From Trichoplax adhaerens (Eukaryota; Animalia; Placozoa), in NCBI RefSeq assembly GCF_000150275.1, contig NW_002060979.1:295732-359731 (forward strand): a DNA stretch of 64,000 bases, given 5' to 3'. Each line of letters begins with the position of its first letter. Within the stretch, counting starts at the first letter, position 1. The notes under the pieces were generated by a model. That model worked only from the letters and a program-made list of their open reading frames with translations. It was not told where the DNA came from and searched no databases. Below, one piece after another: positions 27,501 to 42,500 of the stretch. The position numbers were made by a program, and so were the translations under genes.

Positions 27501-30500
27501 AAGAGTGCTTTGTCTATAGTGGCAATGTCTGCTCTGGATACTTACCTTCTCTTAATGTTACCGTGGCTGGAAATATTGCAGCGGACTTGGCAGAAAAAGA
27601 TATCAAAAATAGTATTGATTTACTCAATACAGCAAGCAACTTTTCGCTTACTTGCCGTGAATATATTTCTGCTACCCTCTGCCATACTACTTTCAAGCAA
27701 TGCGATGATCATTCTAACCTATGCAAATCGGATTGTTATAGAATGGTTAAATTATTTAAGACGTGTGCTTCTCAAATCCCCGGCGTTCAACAATCCATTC
27801 TTTACCCTTATATCAATTGTGCAAAGTTATCAGATGACGATTGCGTTAGTTATAACGTGCCCTATCCCCAACCAGGTAATACTGATATCATTTAAAAGTG
27901 ATTCAACTAACGATGGTATCAATTTACGACATGCTATAAAATGTTATTACGAAAATTTGAAAAAATTTCGTGTAAGGGTCAATGTATGAGTATAATTTTT
28001 ATATCAAATTTTTCTCCAAAATTCATTCACTAGATACAGTACCGCTCTTTTCTTTATTAGATTTCTGGAACATAATTGACTACTTATTATCAATTTTGTG
28101 AAAATTGAAATTACGTTCTTCTCTTTTCTATAGTGGATAATAAGATACGATTAGTCAATGGCAATAATTTAACATTGTCGAGCGGAATTGTTGAAATCAT
28201 CAAGAACGACACTTGGTATAGATTATGCTATCATCACGGTTGGAATATGGTATCTGCTCAAGTTGCTTGCAAGCAGTTGGGATATCGTGGTGCCTTATCG
28301 ACTGGTTGCTGTGGATCATTTCCTACGCAACCCTATGGTGGTAATCCTCAGTTATCCGTTATGGCTAGTATTTATTGTACAGGAGAGGAAAAATATATCG
28401 GAGCGTGTCAGTTTAAACGTGATCAATCAGCAACATGTGATGTGCGTAATAGCGCTGGAGTCATTTGTTCCAGTAAGTGATATTTCAGCCTAAGCAAAAA
28501 TTTTTCGGATTAAGTGAAAATTTTTAGGACTATCCTATTCATGTTAAGATCCTAAGAGATGATATATTAGAGGTGATTATAATAATTCAAATAAGCTCTA
28601 GAAGCTAATCCTTTTTACTTTCATAGATTCAGTATGCGTCAGTAAACCTTGCAATTATGGGAGCTGTGTACCTAATAAACAAGATAATAATGCCTATACT
28701 TGTAAATGTGATCCAGGCTACACCGGACAGAATTGTGATAAAGGTATTAACAATCACATATAGCATGTAAAATGAGACCTTGTAATTCTTTGACCGCAAA
28801 ATACGTAATAAATTGAACGCCACTTTATCTTTATAGTACTAGATAATTGCAGAAATAATCCTTGCCCCGTAAACACTACATGTGTTAGAGGAATCTTTGG
28901 CTACAAATGCGTTTGCAAAAGTGGCGAATCATGTACTGACAGTAAGTAAAAATTTTTAAGCTTGGATATTAATTAAGGAAATAAGTTTGTTTTGTGTGCA
29001 TGGAATTTGCAGTGATTAAAAAATACTTCTTTTCTTTCTTGGAATACTTTAGCTGCCAACTATAATATTACTGCACGTCTAGTTAATCATTGGGAAGGCA
29101 AGCCTTACACGGGGGTACTAGAATTTTATTATAATGGAACATGGGGACCTAGTTGTGAAGTAAACGCTGCCGCATACCATACAGCATGTCGAAGCATTGG
29201 CTATAAGCGTGCCTTTGCTACTTCATGTTGCAGTACTGGTCATTATGCCTCATCTATTAGAGCATTAGATTTCATATTATGCAATGAAAACGCTCAGAAT
29301 TTATACGAGTGTTCTTACGGAAACTACATCCATCGAATTTGTGCAAATCACGGAGGCTTCTGGAATACTATTACTTGCACAAGTAAGCAAATAATTATAG
29401 CGATAATCAAATCACTTAAATTAATATTTATTTTTTAGAATAGTTATGTTTTAATATGCAATTATTTATTTCACTATAACTTTTATAAAATAAGTTTTGC
29501 TTCTTTATTCAATCCTTTACAGATGATGCCTGCTTAGCTCAGCCGTGCGGTAATCATGGTCAATGTGTTCATAAAGAATTTAATAACGACTATTACTGCG
29601 TTTGTGATAAATATTTCACTGGAAATAATTGTGAACAAGGTAATACTATACATTCTCATAGGGGGTGGGGTAAAATATAAATTTTCAAGTCGCTGCAATC
29701 ACCTAATATCTTGTCTCTAGTTAATTCAATGATTCCGGAATTGACTGTTGCATACTTATTGATTAAATAGATTATATAATAATAATTTTTCCAGTAGCCT
29801 AAAGTCTTGGTTAATAAATTAGTTTACACATTATTAACTGATAGCATATTTGTCTCCTGCGAATTTGATTAACAGTAAATAGCAACTACTTCATGTTTAG
29901 CAATATCAAGTTAATTATTTGTGACGTTACAATACAGGCATTTTCTTATTAGTATAACTTGAGTTAGTTTCTAAAGTATTGCTCAATTTTAAAAATAGCT
30001 TTAGCGTGTGCCTCTAGTCCCTGCCAGAATGGTGGAAATTGTACAAACGATTTGACTAGCTACAATTGCTCATGTCCTTCAAATTATTTTGGCCAGAACT
30101 GTGATCAGTGTAAGATATTAATTTACACACTTCTTTATTTAGATTTATAGCCTTGAATTTTAATATGTGCTAAGTTTGGATTTTACTTATTTCTTATGTT
30201 AAACGCCTTTAACAGTGCCTGCTTGTTCCTCAAATCCTTGCATAACTGGCTTTTGTGTTAATTTTAACAACAATACTTATCAATGCCAGTGTAGTTCCAA
30301 ATTTACTGGCCAACGTTGTGAATCTGGTAAATTTATCCCGTGTAGTATTTGCTTTTGTTTTGCTGTAAATATAAGTTAAATAACAGATTCATATAATTAA
30401 TCATGCTAAAAAATATAGAATTTAAATGGAAGTAACTTTTAACCTCTTAGGCCTTGCTTGCAATTCTAATCCTTGCTTAAATGGTGCTTCCTGCGTGATC

Positions 30501-33500
30501 AATGATGTTGGTGATTATCAATGCGGATGCATGAACGGTTTCACCGGCAAGAATTGTGAAACACGTAAGTTACCTGAATCATGCATTGACCGAAGTAACC
30601 CTTTTTGTCAATATACATCTACACGGTTTAAAGTGGATAGGTAGATAACTCTAACTCGGATTGTTTGATGCCACATTTAGATCAGTATCTATTTAATGGC
30701 AATGTACGTTTGCAAGGTGGATCAACTTCGATGGATGGATATGCTGAAGTCTATTATAATGGTTCGTGGAGAGGAATTTGCGACGACAATTTCGGTTTAG
30801 TTGACGGGCAAGTCATATGCCGCCAGCTCGGATACGTTGGTGCTGCAAATATTAAATGCTGCTCTAACTTTGGCACCTATAATGGCAAATACTGGTTAAC
30901 AAATGTAGATTGCTATGGAGATGAAAGTGAAATTTCAGATTGTAGGCACGATCCTTGGGGAAATGTTAATTGTGCTGCTAACGAGGCCATTACAGTAATA
31001 TGCACCAGTAAGTATCTGATATAGAGATTTCGATCACTTTTGATTGATTCTCGGACTAAATCAGGAATCCAGAATAGAAATATTAGTCTATGCAGCTTGT
31101 CTATTTAGTTTTTAAATAAATACTTTTCATAATCTAAGATTAAGTTTAAATTAAATTATATGGTTCTGCCTTATATGGCAATCATTTTGATGTTTAATAA
31201 ATTAATAATTATTATTGAAAGACATCACAGTTACTTGTATTATTTAATTTTTAAATCTTAATCACAGCATTTACGATATGAGCGAGTTAATACAATGATG
31301 AATTTGAATATTAGCGGGTCTGCGTATTCTTAGATCTTACTGTGATATTACCAGTCGATGGTACTTACTGCTAAATCATAACGTAATGCGAATCTATTTC
31401 AAAGCAATTATTTGCAAACTTTGAACTAGATAATCCATGCCTTTCCAACAAGTGCAATCGGAATCCTTGTGAAATTACTAATGCGACGGAGCCTGTACAA
31501 TACAAATGCACATGTACATCTGCTCAAAGTGGCAAAAATTGTCAGCTACGTAAGTTATACATTAAAGAATCTACAGCAATTACTGATAAGAAATCGCAAT
31601 TATATGAATCTATATACAATACATCGATTATAAGATGTGGTTTAAAACTCGTTACGGTTTATGAACATTGGGAATAGACTTCATATTTTATCGGCAAAAT
31701 TACAATTTTAGCACCGATTATTTTTTATTTCTATTTATATTTGTAGGTAATATATGCCAGTTTAATCCGTGCAACAGCCCTCAAAATTGTACTGATGAGA
31801 GTTATGGATATTCATGCAGTTGCCCTAATGGATATTACGGAACTTCTTGTACTTCAAGTAAGAAATTATACTATTACTTGCTGTTCACGATTGATCTTGC
31901 CCGAAGTTTTTAAACGCACTTCTGAATTACATCGATAGGAGCTAACGAAGGAGATGTTCGATTAGTTGATAAAACATCCAATAGAACCGGGCGTATTCAA
32001 ATTTATCATAATGGTCAATGGGGCTCATTTTGTGATCATCGTTTTGATGCAGCCGCAGGCAACGTCTTGTGTCGGCAATTAGGCATTGGAATATTCCATA
32101 GTTATAATACTACTGGAAAAACTACTCAAGGCGAAAAAATATGGGTCGATAACTTTAAGTGCAAGGGAAATGAAATAAATATCACACAATGTGATATACG
32201 CCATTGGGGAACAATCATTTGCTCTCCCCAAAAGGATGTCCGTTTAACTTGCCAAGGTTAGCTAAATGTAACTATTTACTGTCTTTTAAAATTATCTATA
32301 CTTAGTTCTCTTGAAATTAAGCTGTTATTTAATATGTAACTTTTACGTTTAGAACCGCCACCAACAACACCAACACCTGGAGCGTAAGTTGATATTCTGC
32401 ATGTCCATGGTTTAAATATATATCGTTGAGACTTTTAAAGCAAATACTATACCTTTCACTCCAATATTTACACTGGAATCAACTACTTTTCTAACCTTTA
32501 ATAATTAACTTATAAAATGTTTGTTTTAGTCCGCTATATAGTTATAAAATATTTTGTCTAATTCAAATCTTAAATTAAATGTAAAAAAACTCAAAATTAG
32601 ATGCAATTTGCAGGATCCTTTGGGCATTCAATTGCTATATTGAGTCCAGTACGAGTTAATTAGCCACAGGGGCTTCAAAAATACTTCTACCTCGAAATAA
32701 ATGTTGATTAATTATATGCTTAACAACTCTATATTATGATTCTAATATTTCTGTTGGTTTAGCGGCGTACAGTAGTCGGATATGTAAGTGCTATTTCTCA
32801 CAGTTATTATTTTCCTATCAATAGAACCACACAGCCAGTAACTTGCGCTACTTTCCGTTCATCGACTGGTCACTGCGCTCAATACTTAAATGGCTCACAA
32901 GTGGATCTAACAAATTACCAAAACCTATCATCAACTGAAGCAATGTATGGTTCTATTTTCACGCTCTTACAATCAACTGGTGTAATGTCTGTCAAATGCG
33001 TACTGTCCATGCTGCCAGCACTGTGCAAGACCTCCTATGGCTCCTGTTATCAAAGCCAGGGAGTACAAACTTTATGTCGAGAAGATTGCGCCCTGTATGA
33101 GCAAGTGGCATTTGAATGTACTGCTGCTGTAATCTATCAAGGAGGACTTGGTGGTCAAAATTGCTTCTCACTACCTTCCAGAAATCCAAATAACAATCAA
33201 TGCGTTAGGCTAGAGGGATATTTAAACAGTGATATATTAAGTGAGTAAGATACAGTACTATCGTGCTTAAGTTGTCTAAGGAGAATTTAAATTAATTTCA
33301 ATTTCTTAAGATTGTCAATATTCTATTCAAAACCTACTTACTGATTTGAAATTTACTACTCATTACGTTACTGAAAAACAATCTACCACATTAAAGCAAT
33401 TAAATGCAATGCAAATTTAACATGATAATTTTTACTTTTAATTTATAATTTCTACTTGTATCCTTGTAACGAAGGCAAGCCACAAGCAAATTACACGTTA

Positions 33501-36500
33501 GTAGAGTCACATTTATTATTACAAGTGATATTTTTTTAATTATAATTTATTTCCATTGACGTTTAATATTTCTCGGTGTATTTATTTACACAGTGCACAA
33601 TGCGAAATGTATCGTGGATCAATGTGCAAAAATTATTTAGCTGGAGCAAAAGTTTATGTTCCAGTAGGATTAACTCAAGAAAAGATTGAAGCCTATCTAC
33701 AAGTTACTCAAGCCCAAATCTTGACTTCATCCGCTAATGGCGGTACGGGCAGCTGCTTTAATCAAGTTTGGGAACATATTTGTTATTCAGCCTTCCCCGT
33801 ATGCCAGGGCAATGTACTTTATGGAATTTGTCGAGAAGATTGCACAAAATTCCTTGCCTCAAATTGCGTGCGACCCTATAGTGCTAACGGAATTAACATC
33901 CGACCTGATTGTTCTATACTTCCGGGAATAAATGATGTTCAATTCAAATGTTATAGTGCAATTACTGGCTATGGTTTGTAATATTCAGTTAAATTTACTT
34001 CAATATAATCTATTGCTCACTAAATACTTCCAATTTTGTTTCAATCTGATAAATATTTATTCCCGGATCCCACCTATTTAGATCATACTATTCCCACCAA
34101 TCAGCCTACAACTATTCCAGTAACTATTGCTACTACAGGGATAGTGACGACTCCAATGGCCGCAACTACCTCATCTTCTGGCCAATCTACCAACGGTGCT
34201 ACTGAAAATGGAACTAGTAGTTCTACTAATACTACTAATGGATCTGCGTCAGGTACAGCAGGTGCTGCAACGACTATGGCTGCAACTACTATGACCGCAA
34301 CTACTGCAACTATGTTCCAACCTACTACTCAAAGGTATATCATTTTTGTAGAGATCATAGTATTCGATTGGCTTAGTTAACTTTCGTGATTCTATTTGCA
34401 GTACTAGCGTAGGCCATCCATTCAATGAGCAATTATTTTGCTACTACGTTCCGGAAGGTATAGCACTCTTCTGATAGATAGTACGGTATTTTACTTGGAT
34501 TAGTTTCTTGATCGTAACCCGTATTATCGAAATGTATTTCAAGAGTTCAATTTTAACATAACAGCGAATTATCTTTGACAACGTGATCTTCTTTTGACTA
34601 AGAATATGCATATACTCGAATATCTAATTAACAGGAGAAAAACTACCATGCGATAGCTCTCCGTGCTCAAATAATGCTGAATGTATCAACATGGTCACTG
34701 AAAATTTTAGTAGCTATTACTGCAAATGCAAAATTGGCTATTTTAACGGACAAAGATGCGTTGATGGTGCGATATAATATTGAATTAATTTAAAATTTAT
34801 TTTTGAACTTTAATCCATCGATTTCAATATGAAAATTTAGTTCATTGACTGAATTTAATAAAATTTACTTTTTATTAATCGAATTTATTTGCATTATTAT
34901 TTTACTGATAGAAATCCCAGTGAAAGATATTTCCATTACTGCAAACTCTTCCATGCCTCTTAGCGGTTCTAATCTTGCATTTATATGCGAGGCTTATGGT
35001 CGACCGGCGCCCGTCATTACTTGGTATAAAGATGGAACAATCTTTCAAGCTGATAATGGCAATAACGTCATTATTTTGAATCAAGTTGTAAGCGATATTC
35101 GGGTTAGATCAGTATTAATACTGAGCCCAGTTAAAAATAGTAATGGTGGCAACTATTGGTGTACAGCAACAATTCCGCCAGAAATCATTCAGAGCAGCAA
35201 TATTACGATCGGTAAGAGCCATGATAGTACAAAGTTATAAAACTATCTTAGCTATAGCTAGGTAGTTAGGTACCTATAGAATATGCCAAGCAGAAAGAAA
35301 TCGGTATCGCATTTATCCGCTCAACTTAAAATAATAGCTAATGACTTGTCTAAGCCAATTACTTTAAAGATCACATTTTGATATTGATTACAGCAAATCA
35401 AATTCTAGAATTGTAGTGAAATGATACAACATATGCTAAATTAGAATTGATTATAGCCTTTATTAGAGCATATTTGTCAGCTCCATACAGTATTGAATTG
35501 GGTACTGCGAATCTACTAATTTTGTTGTCAATGATACGCTATTATGTATGTTTTGATTTAATATTTCTACGATTTCGGTAATTAGATCCAAATTCATGTT
35601 ATTCTGCTCCGTGTATGTTTGGGAAATGCTTCGATGAGTATGACGGATTCCAATGTGTCTGTGATCGAGGATATACCGGAGTTCAGTGTCAATCAGGTGT
35701 TAAAGAGATTTCATTAATATTAAATCTTAATTACAATTTATAAACCGAATTCATTTTAATAAATCTTTTTGGTCTCTTTAGATATCGATGAATGTTTAAA
35801 CTCACCATGTGTTCAGGGCAACTGCAAAAACTTAGCTGGATCATTTAATTGTTCTTGTAATCCAGGCTGGAAGGGAAGATTATGCAATGGTAATTGATAG
35901 CTCTAATTCCTTATAAATGTTTGAGGTAACTAATTACTATTTTATTTAAACTCGTTCAGCTTCGGTGCCTTGTTACTCTAATCCATGCGCTTATGGTACT
36001 TGTAAGAATTTATTAAACGCATATTTATGCGAATGCACACCGGGCTACACTGGTATAAATTGCGCTGAAGGTATACTTAATATTATACTTTTTTGACCTT
36101 TTTAGCGGCTAATTAATTACGAATGTCAACTATATTTACGATAAAATTATAATTTTATATGGTAATTAATGATACATATCTGATATACTGTTAGATAATA
36201 GCTATAACAACGATGATTTCATGATCATTAGATATCAATGAATGCCTACCAAATCTTTGCGTCCATGGAAGCTGTAACAATCTAGTTAACATGTTTAACT
36301 GCTCTTGTACAAATGGATGGAAAGGAAGACTTTGCAATAGTTAGTAATTATAGAAATCAATGTTGGTATTTTGAGGCTGAAACCCTAAATATAGTTTATT
36401 AACTAATGCTTTATTGCTATCTACAATGGTTACAGAAATAAACTTTTAACCTTAAAATAACTATATCTTAAAAAAACATTTTTATTTCATCATGTGCAAT

Positions 36501-39500
36501 TGAAATCAATCAATTTTTATCTTTCAGATTCCATTGGATGTACATCCAATCCTTGCTTAAATGGACAGTGTACAGATATGACAGATGGCTATACATGTAA
36601 CTGTACAGTTGGTTTCACTGGCATTCAGTGTGAAACCGGTAAATTCTTCTAGATTAGTTATTATAAATTAATCATAGTCAATCAAAATTAGTTGCCATAA
36701 GACAATTATTCCGATCTATCCATTTCAGATATTAATGAATGTGTAAGTAGTCCGTGTAATCATGGAACTTGTAATAATTTGGTCAATAAATATAACTGTA
36801 GCTGTGAAGATCGATGGAGTGGAGATTCTTGTGATAGTAAGTCAGCAGTTTAATCTAGTTAGCGTGTCGGAACTGAGCATTATCAATATCGTGCTTTAAT
36901 AAAACTAAATTTGATGCTTGAATGTTTTAATCAGTTTCATCGGGATGTGACTCTAACCCATGTATCCGTGGATTTTGCTTGAACGATAATACCATTGGAT
37001 ATAGGTGTATTTGCCCTTCGGGATATACTGGCAAGCAATGTAATACAGGTATTCCTATGATTCCATGCAAATGGTACCATAACTGTAGGGTGTAAAAATA
37101 GATTATTTATATTACATTTACGTGCATTTAGCTTTACAAAGATTTAGGATTTATATCTTTCACGCACTATAGCTCTCAAAATTAATGAGTTGTTCATTCT
37201 TAAATTATCGTATTTATACGTGGCTTAAATTCTCTATAACTAAGAAGGCTTTATCCAAATAAGTTAATGTTAAGTAGTTCTATCTGTATACTTAGCGGCC
37301 AGCATTTAATGGACAATTTGATAACGACTAGTTCTTATAATTTAAAGATATTGATGAATGTCTATCTGGCCCATGTGTCAATGGAGTATGTAACAATTTA
37401 GTTGGGCAGTATTCATGTACTTGCAATAGCGGATGGACAGGCAATTTATGTGGCACAGGTTAGATACTATGTTCCTATCATTGCGTGCTGTTTAATAATA
37501 GACGTTAGGTGTTATAGCAATGAGCAACTGATGGCTGATTTTTCTACAGACATTGATGAATGCAAAGTTGGTGGTTTCTGTTCTCCTGATGCTGTATGTA
37601 CCAATTTGATGGGCTCTTATTCTTGCACCTGTAAAGATGGCTTTATTGGAAATGGAACATATTGCAGAGGTTTATAAAATTTAGTGATATATTACAAACA
37701 AAATTTTGCCCTCCTAAATGCTCTAGCCCGATTGATTAAAGCGATTTAATAATAGAAGGAAGAGATTCTCGTAGATAGTAGTAAAGTTGACCATAATAAT
37801 AATGTTTAAAGTGACATTTAACGTGATAGCTATATCTTCAAATGACTTTCTACAGCTCCACATTTATATCCACATGGTATTAATCTTGGAGATTCGTTCT
37901 TTGGCAATTCGGATGATGGAATTTATAAAATGACGCTGCAGACAGATATTTACTATATGCAGGCATTCCATAGGGACTTATATGTACGCACTTGCTACAT
38001 ATTCTAATACCTAAAATTATTAAATATCAAAGATACTGTAATATCAGTAAATAGCTAGCGATATTCATTTGATTGCTATAGCTATAATAACTATTTTTTC
38101 TACTAAATACTGATACTAAAAGCAATTTGAATTTTCAGGTTTCAATTAACGGATATGTCAGTATTGGTACCAGATACCAAACAGCCTATCCTCGACCTTT
38201 CCCCGCACCTACCAACATATCTATTATAGCACCTTTCTTCGCAGATGCCGATGCACGAGGATATACATCATCCGGGATATTGATGCATGAATATGATACA
38301 AGTGATAATTCTACCACAGCTCAAGGTATATTAAGAAGGGCAAAACTGGATGTAGCCAACTTTCAGAATTACATGCAAAATAATCCTAGTGACACTCAGT
38401 ATGGCGTTTTCAATCAAAGTATAAATGGTTTCGTCCCTACACATGTTATCGTTATTACATGGCAAGATCTCTTACCTTCACCTAATTCATACTATGTTAA
38501 TCTGCGAACGGTAAGCTGATGGTAAACTAAATATACTAAAGTGTTTGTATAGAAAGCTATACATGATGGCTCTTAGTATACAGAAATTTAGAATCGAATT
38601 GCGGTACACCAGATTGGACTGCTAGAAATTTGAAAGTATAGCATTCTATTGTCTATTGTTTTAATTTTCATTTCGTTAACATTTATACTGTTAAAAGATG
38701 TTCTGAATATTTAAAAAGACTACTTATACAGACTTATACCTAATTAAATAACAGATAAATTAAGAATTACCGTCCAAATATATATAAATTGAGTCTATTT
38801 ACTCTACAATATATGATTGTAATTTACTGGTAATGTACGATACCAAAGACTGATGATGATTGTTGATTAAATATAGTATTATTCCTTATGAAACTACTAC
38901 CTTGCTGAAATTATAGCAGTTAATGCAGTATGTACGTATGTAAGAAAATGAACACGAATCAATTGTTTTCATGCTTTTGTAGACAAATACATTCCAACTC
39001 GTCCTAATTTCTAACGGCAAAAACCTCTTTGGATTGTTCTTATACGATATTGGTGGTATGTTGTGGTATAAAGTCAGTATATCTAGGCCTAGAAGTGGCT
39101 ATTCCTATGGTATAGCACCGTATTTTCATGAAACTTCCTATTCCGGTAGTACTACCATGCTAAGAATTGATCGTTATAACGGAAATTATGGTCAACAATC
39201 CATATGGGCATATCGATTAGATAACCCTAAAACTCCTGGAATTAATTATGATAATTTGTGTAGAAAATGGTACAATAACGAGCCCCCAGCTTCTTATTAC
39301 ACTAATTTCCTAGCAAGGCGACCTTGTCCATGTATAGCTGGACAAGCTAGCTTAGACAGGCGATTTGTGTTTAATTTCACTTCATTCTGCGCTACATCAT
39401 TATTTTCGTTTCCACGTGGAAATCTTTACGGAGTGAGTTCAGTAAAATTGGCTCAAAATTTTAATTTTTATTCCACAAGTAACTCCGTCTCTAGTTACGT

Positions 39501-42500
39501 ACTTAGTGTAGTTTTATTTTTAAGCTAACCTATTCTTTTTGATCTGATAGGTTAAGCAACGTTGTTGTTACTCAAGGGCAATCTTAAGCTTTGGAGCCTT
39601 GCTTTTGGGCAATCCAGGTGGTGCTACATTTATCTTTAGAAATGCAACTCAACAAGCGGAATCTGATACTGCCTATCAATATTGCTGTGTTGCGAGTAAT
39701 TTATGCAATTTATATTATAAGAAAAGGCCAAGTAACAATTGCCAAGGGTATCGACCTCCACGACGAGCCTGGTTTTGGGGTGATCCTCATGTCAGAACTG
39801 TTGATGGCTTAACCTACACCTTCAACGGGCTTGGTGAATATACGCTTTTGCAAACTATCGACAGCAATTACTTTAATTTGCAGGGTAGAACGATGAAAGC
39901 TATCCGCAATGTAACAGAAAAGGCTAGAGCTACGGTTTTTTCGGCATTTGCATTAAGCCAAAACGATTCTAATAAGGTTCAAGCAACGATGAATTTGGCC
40001 GAGAACGATATAGATATATTAGTTAATAGCCGAACATTAATCAAATTGAGAAATTTACCTGTCAATGAATTTCTGCCTTTTGAAAACGTACAGATATCGA
40101 GATCACTCAATGGTACTTTAATTGTTTCATTTTCTTCTGGAATTTCAGCGGAAATTGCTATGCTTAGTCAAATGCTGACAGTCGCGATGAATTTGCCGAA
40201 CTGGATCCAAGGCAATACACGCGGTCTCCTCGGTACTTTAAATGGTAATCCCTCGGATGATTATTTGAGACCCAATGGAACGTATTTGAGATCGAATGCT
40301 ACAGAGAGTGAAATTTATTACGGGTTTGGACAGCTATGTAAGTGAATAACCTTATTATTTAAACATCCTTTGTGATATATGCCAGTAATATTGGTTTGCA
40401 ATCGAAGTAGGTGTTAAATTTATGATTTCTATTAATTGAATATCTCTTAATTGTATAGATCAAATTACACCACAGGAATCACTGTTTACCTATCCTTCTG
40501 GCATAGGAACGGCAAATTATACAGATCCTTCTTTCGTACCTATATTTTCAGAAAATATACAACAGTTATTTGGTACCAATCAACAACTTTACCAACAAGC
40601 TTTACAAAGTTGCGGTAATGATATATCTTGCCTATACGATGCTGCACTAACCTTAGATTTACAAGCTGCTGTCAGTGGAAAAGATGTTGCCACTCAGTAC
40701 CAAGAAACAACTACACAATTAGGTATAATCTAGTGTCTGTCATTTAAGGATGATAATCATTTAATCCAAAAAGCTGACTATAAACTCATTGATATATTTT
40801 TTTCAAATATCTAATACAGAAAATTTCCCTCCACAAATAACTGGGATCACAATTTACAATGTCACCTTTGGTACTATATTTACAACATCAATTGAAGTTA
40901 CCGACCGAAATGAAAATGACACAGTGACAGTATCACTAGTAAATGCACCTTCTGGGGCATCATTTGACAACAAAACCAATGTGCTGACTTGGAATGTACA
41001 AACCTATCAAAATATTGTCATGGAATTTGTTGCCCTTGATTCTAAAGGCGCTAGAAGTATTTTGAGACCACAGATTATTATGTGCTATTGTGCAAATGGT
41101 GGAACTTGTGATTATAGGTATAACTTAAGTCAGTAGTAACTGTCATATCTAATGCTCATTTTTCATTTTTTACGCGACTGTAAAATTAACAAATCAATAT
41201 TACACGCGTCATAATTATATAACAAAATGATTTAGATCTGGATTAATTGAGGAAGGTTCAGTAAATCGAGTCCAGTGTCAATGCAATTCTGCCTATACTG
41301 GGATACGTTGTCTGAATGATTTCAATGCATGCTCTAACTTCCCTTGCTACGGACAAACAACTTGCACGGATAAACCAGCTCCATCATCGGGCTATACCTG
41401 CGGTCCTTGTCCATCTAGCCTAACAGGAGATGGCCAAAAATGCTATGGTTAGAATTAGTCGCACTATTCATGCTAATGTACTCACTTTATTTACAATATC
41501 ATTATTTCTCTTGCTGAATGCAGATATTAACATCTGTGGCAGTAATTCTTCGCTTTGCCATCAGCTTTGCTTGAATGGAGATGGCGGCTATCGATGCGAT
41601 TGTGAAATTGGTTATACGTTACAGAAAGATAATCGTACTTGCAAAGGTAGGTTATGCTTTCGAGCATTAATTATTTCGTCGGCTAGATGTTGTAACCCAT
41701 GAAAATTTGATAGGACACTTCAATTTTGCTCATGCTTGATAATTTACTCCTATTCCTATCTATGCCCTTGCAGATATTAACGAATGCTCTACAGTCAATA
41801 CTTGTGGCGATGCAGCTCGATGCATTAACACAAATGGATCATACTATTGCCAATGTCGAATCAACTACAATTCTACTACAATAACTTTACAAGATACAAC
41901 TCGTCAAACAGATCAACATTGCAAAGGTTTAAGACTTCCAATAAAAACTCTATACTTTTCTCTAATTTTATTCTAAAGTTACGAAGTTTGCAATACTAAT
42001 GTTAATTATTGCTTGATCCCAACAGTGCAAGCATATAACGGAAGGATGACTATAGATAGGCCCTACAGCAATCAATTGGCTGATTCTAATGCTCTACAGT
42101 ACCAAGTTTTGAGCCTAAGCGTTGTGCAGGCAGTAAGTAATTGAACGATTAAAGGACATGAAGTTAGAGTATTGCTATATACCAGTTTTTTCATCTGCTT
42201 GTTAATTTGCTTAATGATATGCATATAAAGATGTATCGTAACTAACTAGATGGTATACTTGCACTATTTCTCGTAGTTTTCCTAGCATTATTCTTCTACT
42301 TAAAAGGTTATAATATATAAATACCGAGTCTTTCGACAATTTCTTGAGACAGTCATTATAACATTTATCGAACTAGTGTACCAATACTCTAATTAATATT
42401 GAATAGTTTGATAATGCAATAATCATTAAAGAAATTCTTTAAATAGTCTTGGCAAGCTGCATCAGATAAGTAATAAAAAATATTTCAATATTACTTTAAT

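Noticed and set aside
32763-32783. 21-nt exon-like segment (ttag|...|gtaagt) with an in-frame TAG, a possible poison exon
   Set aside because: The downstream intron would be only 41 nt, shorter than any other intron traced here, and the frame is complete without it.
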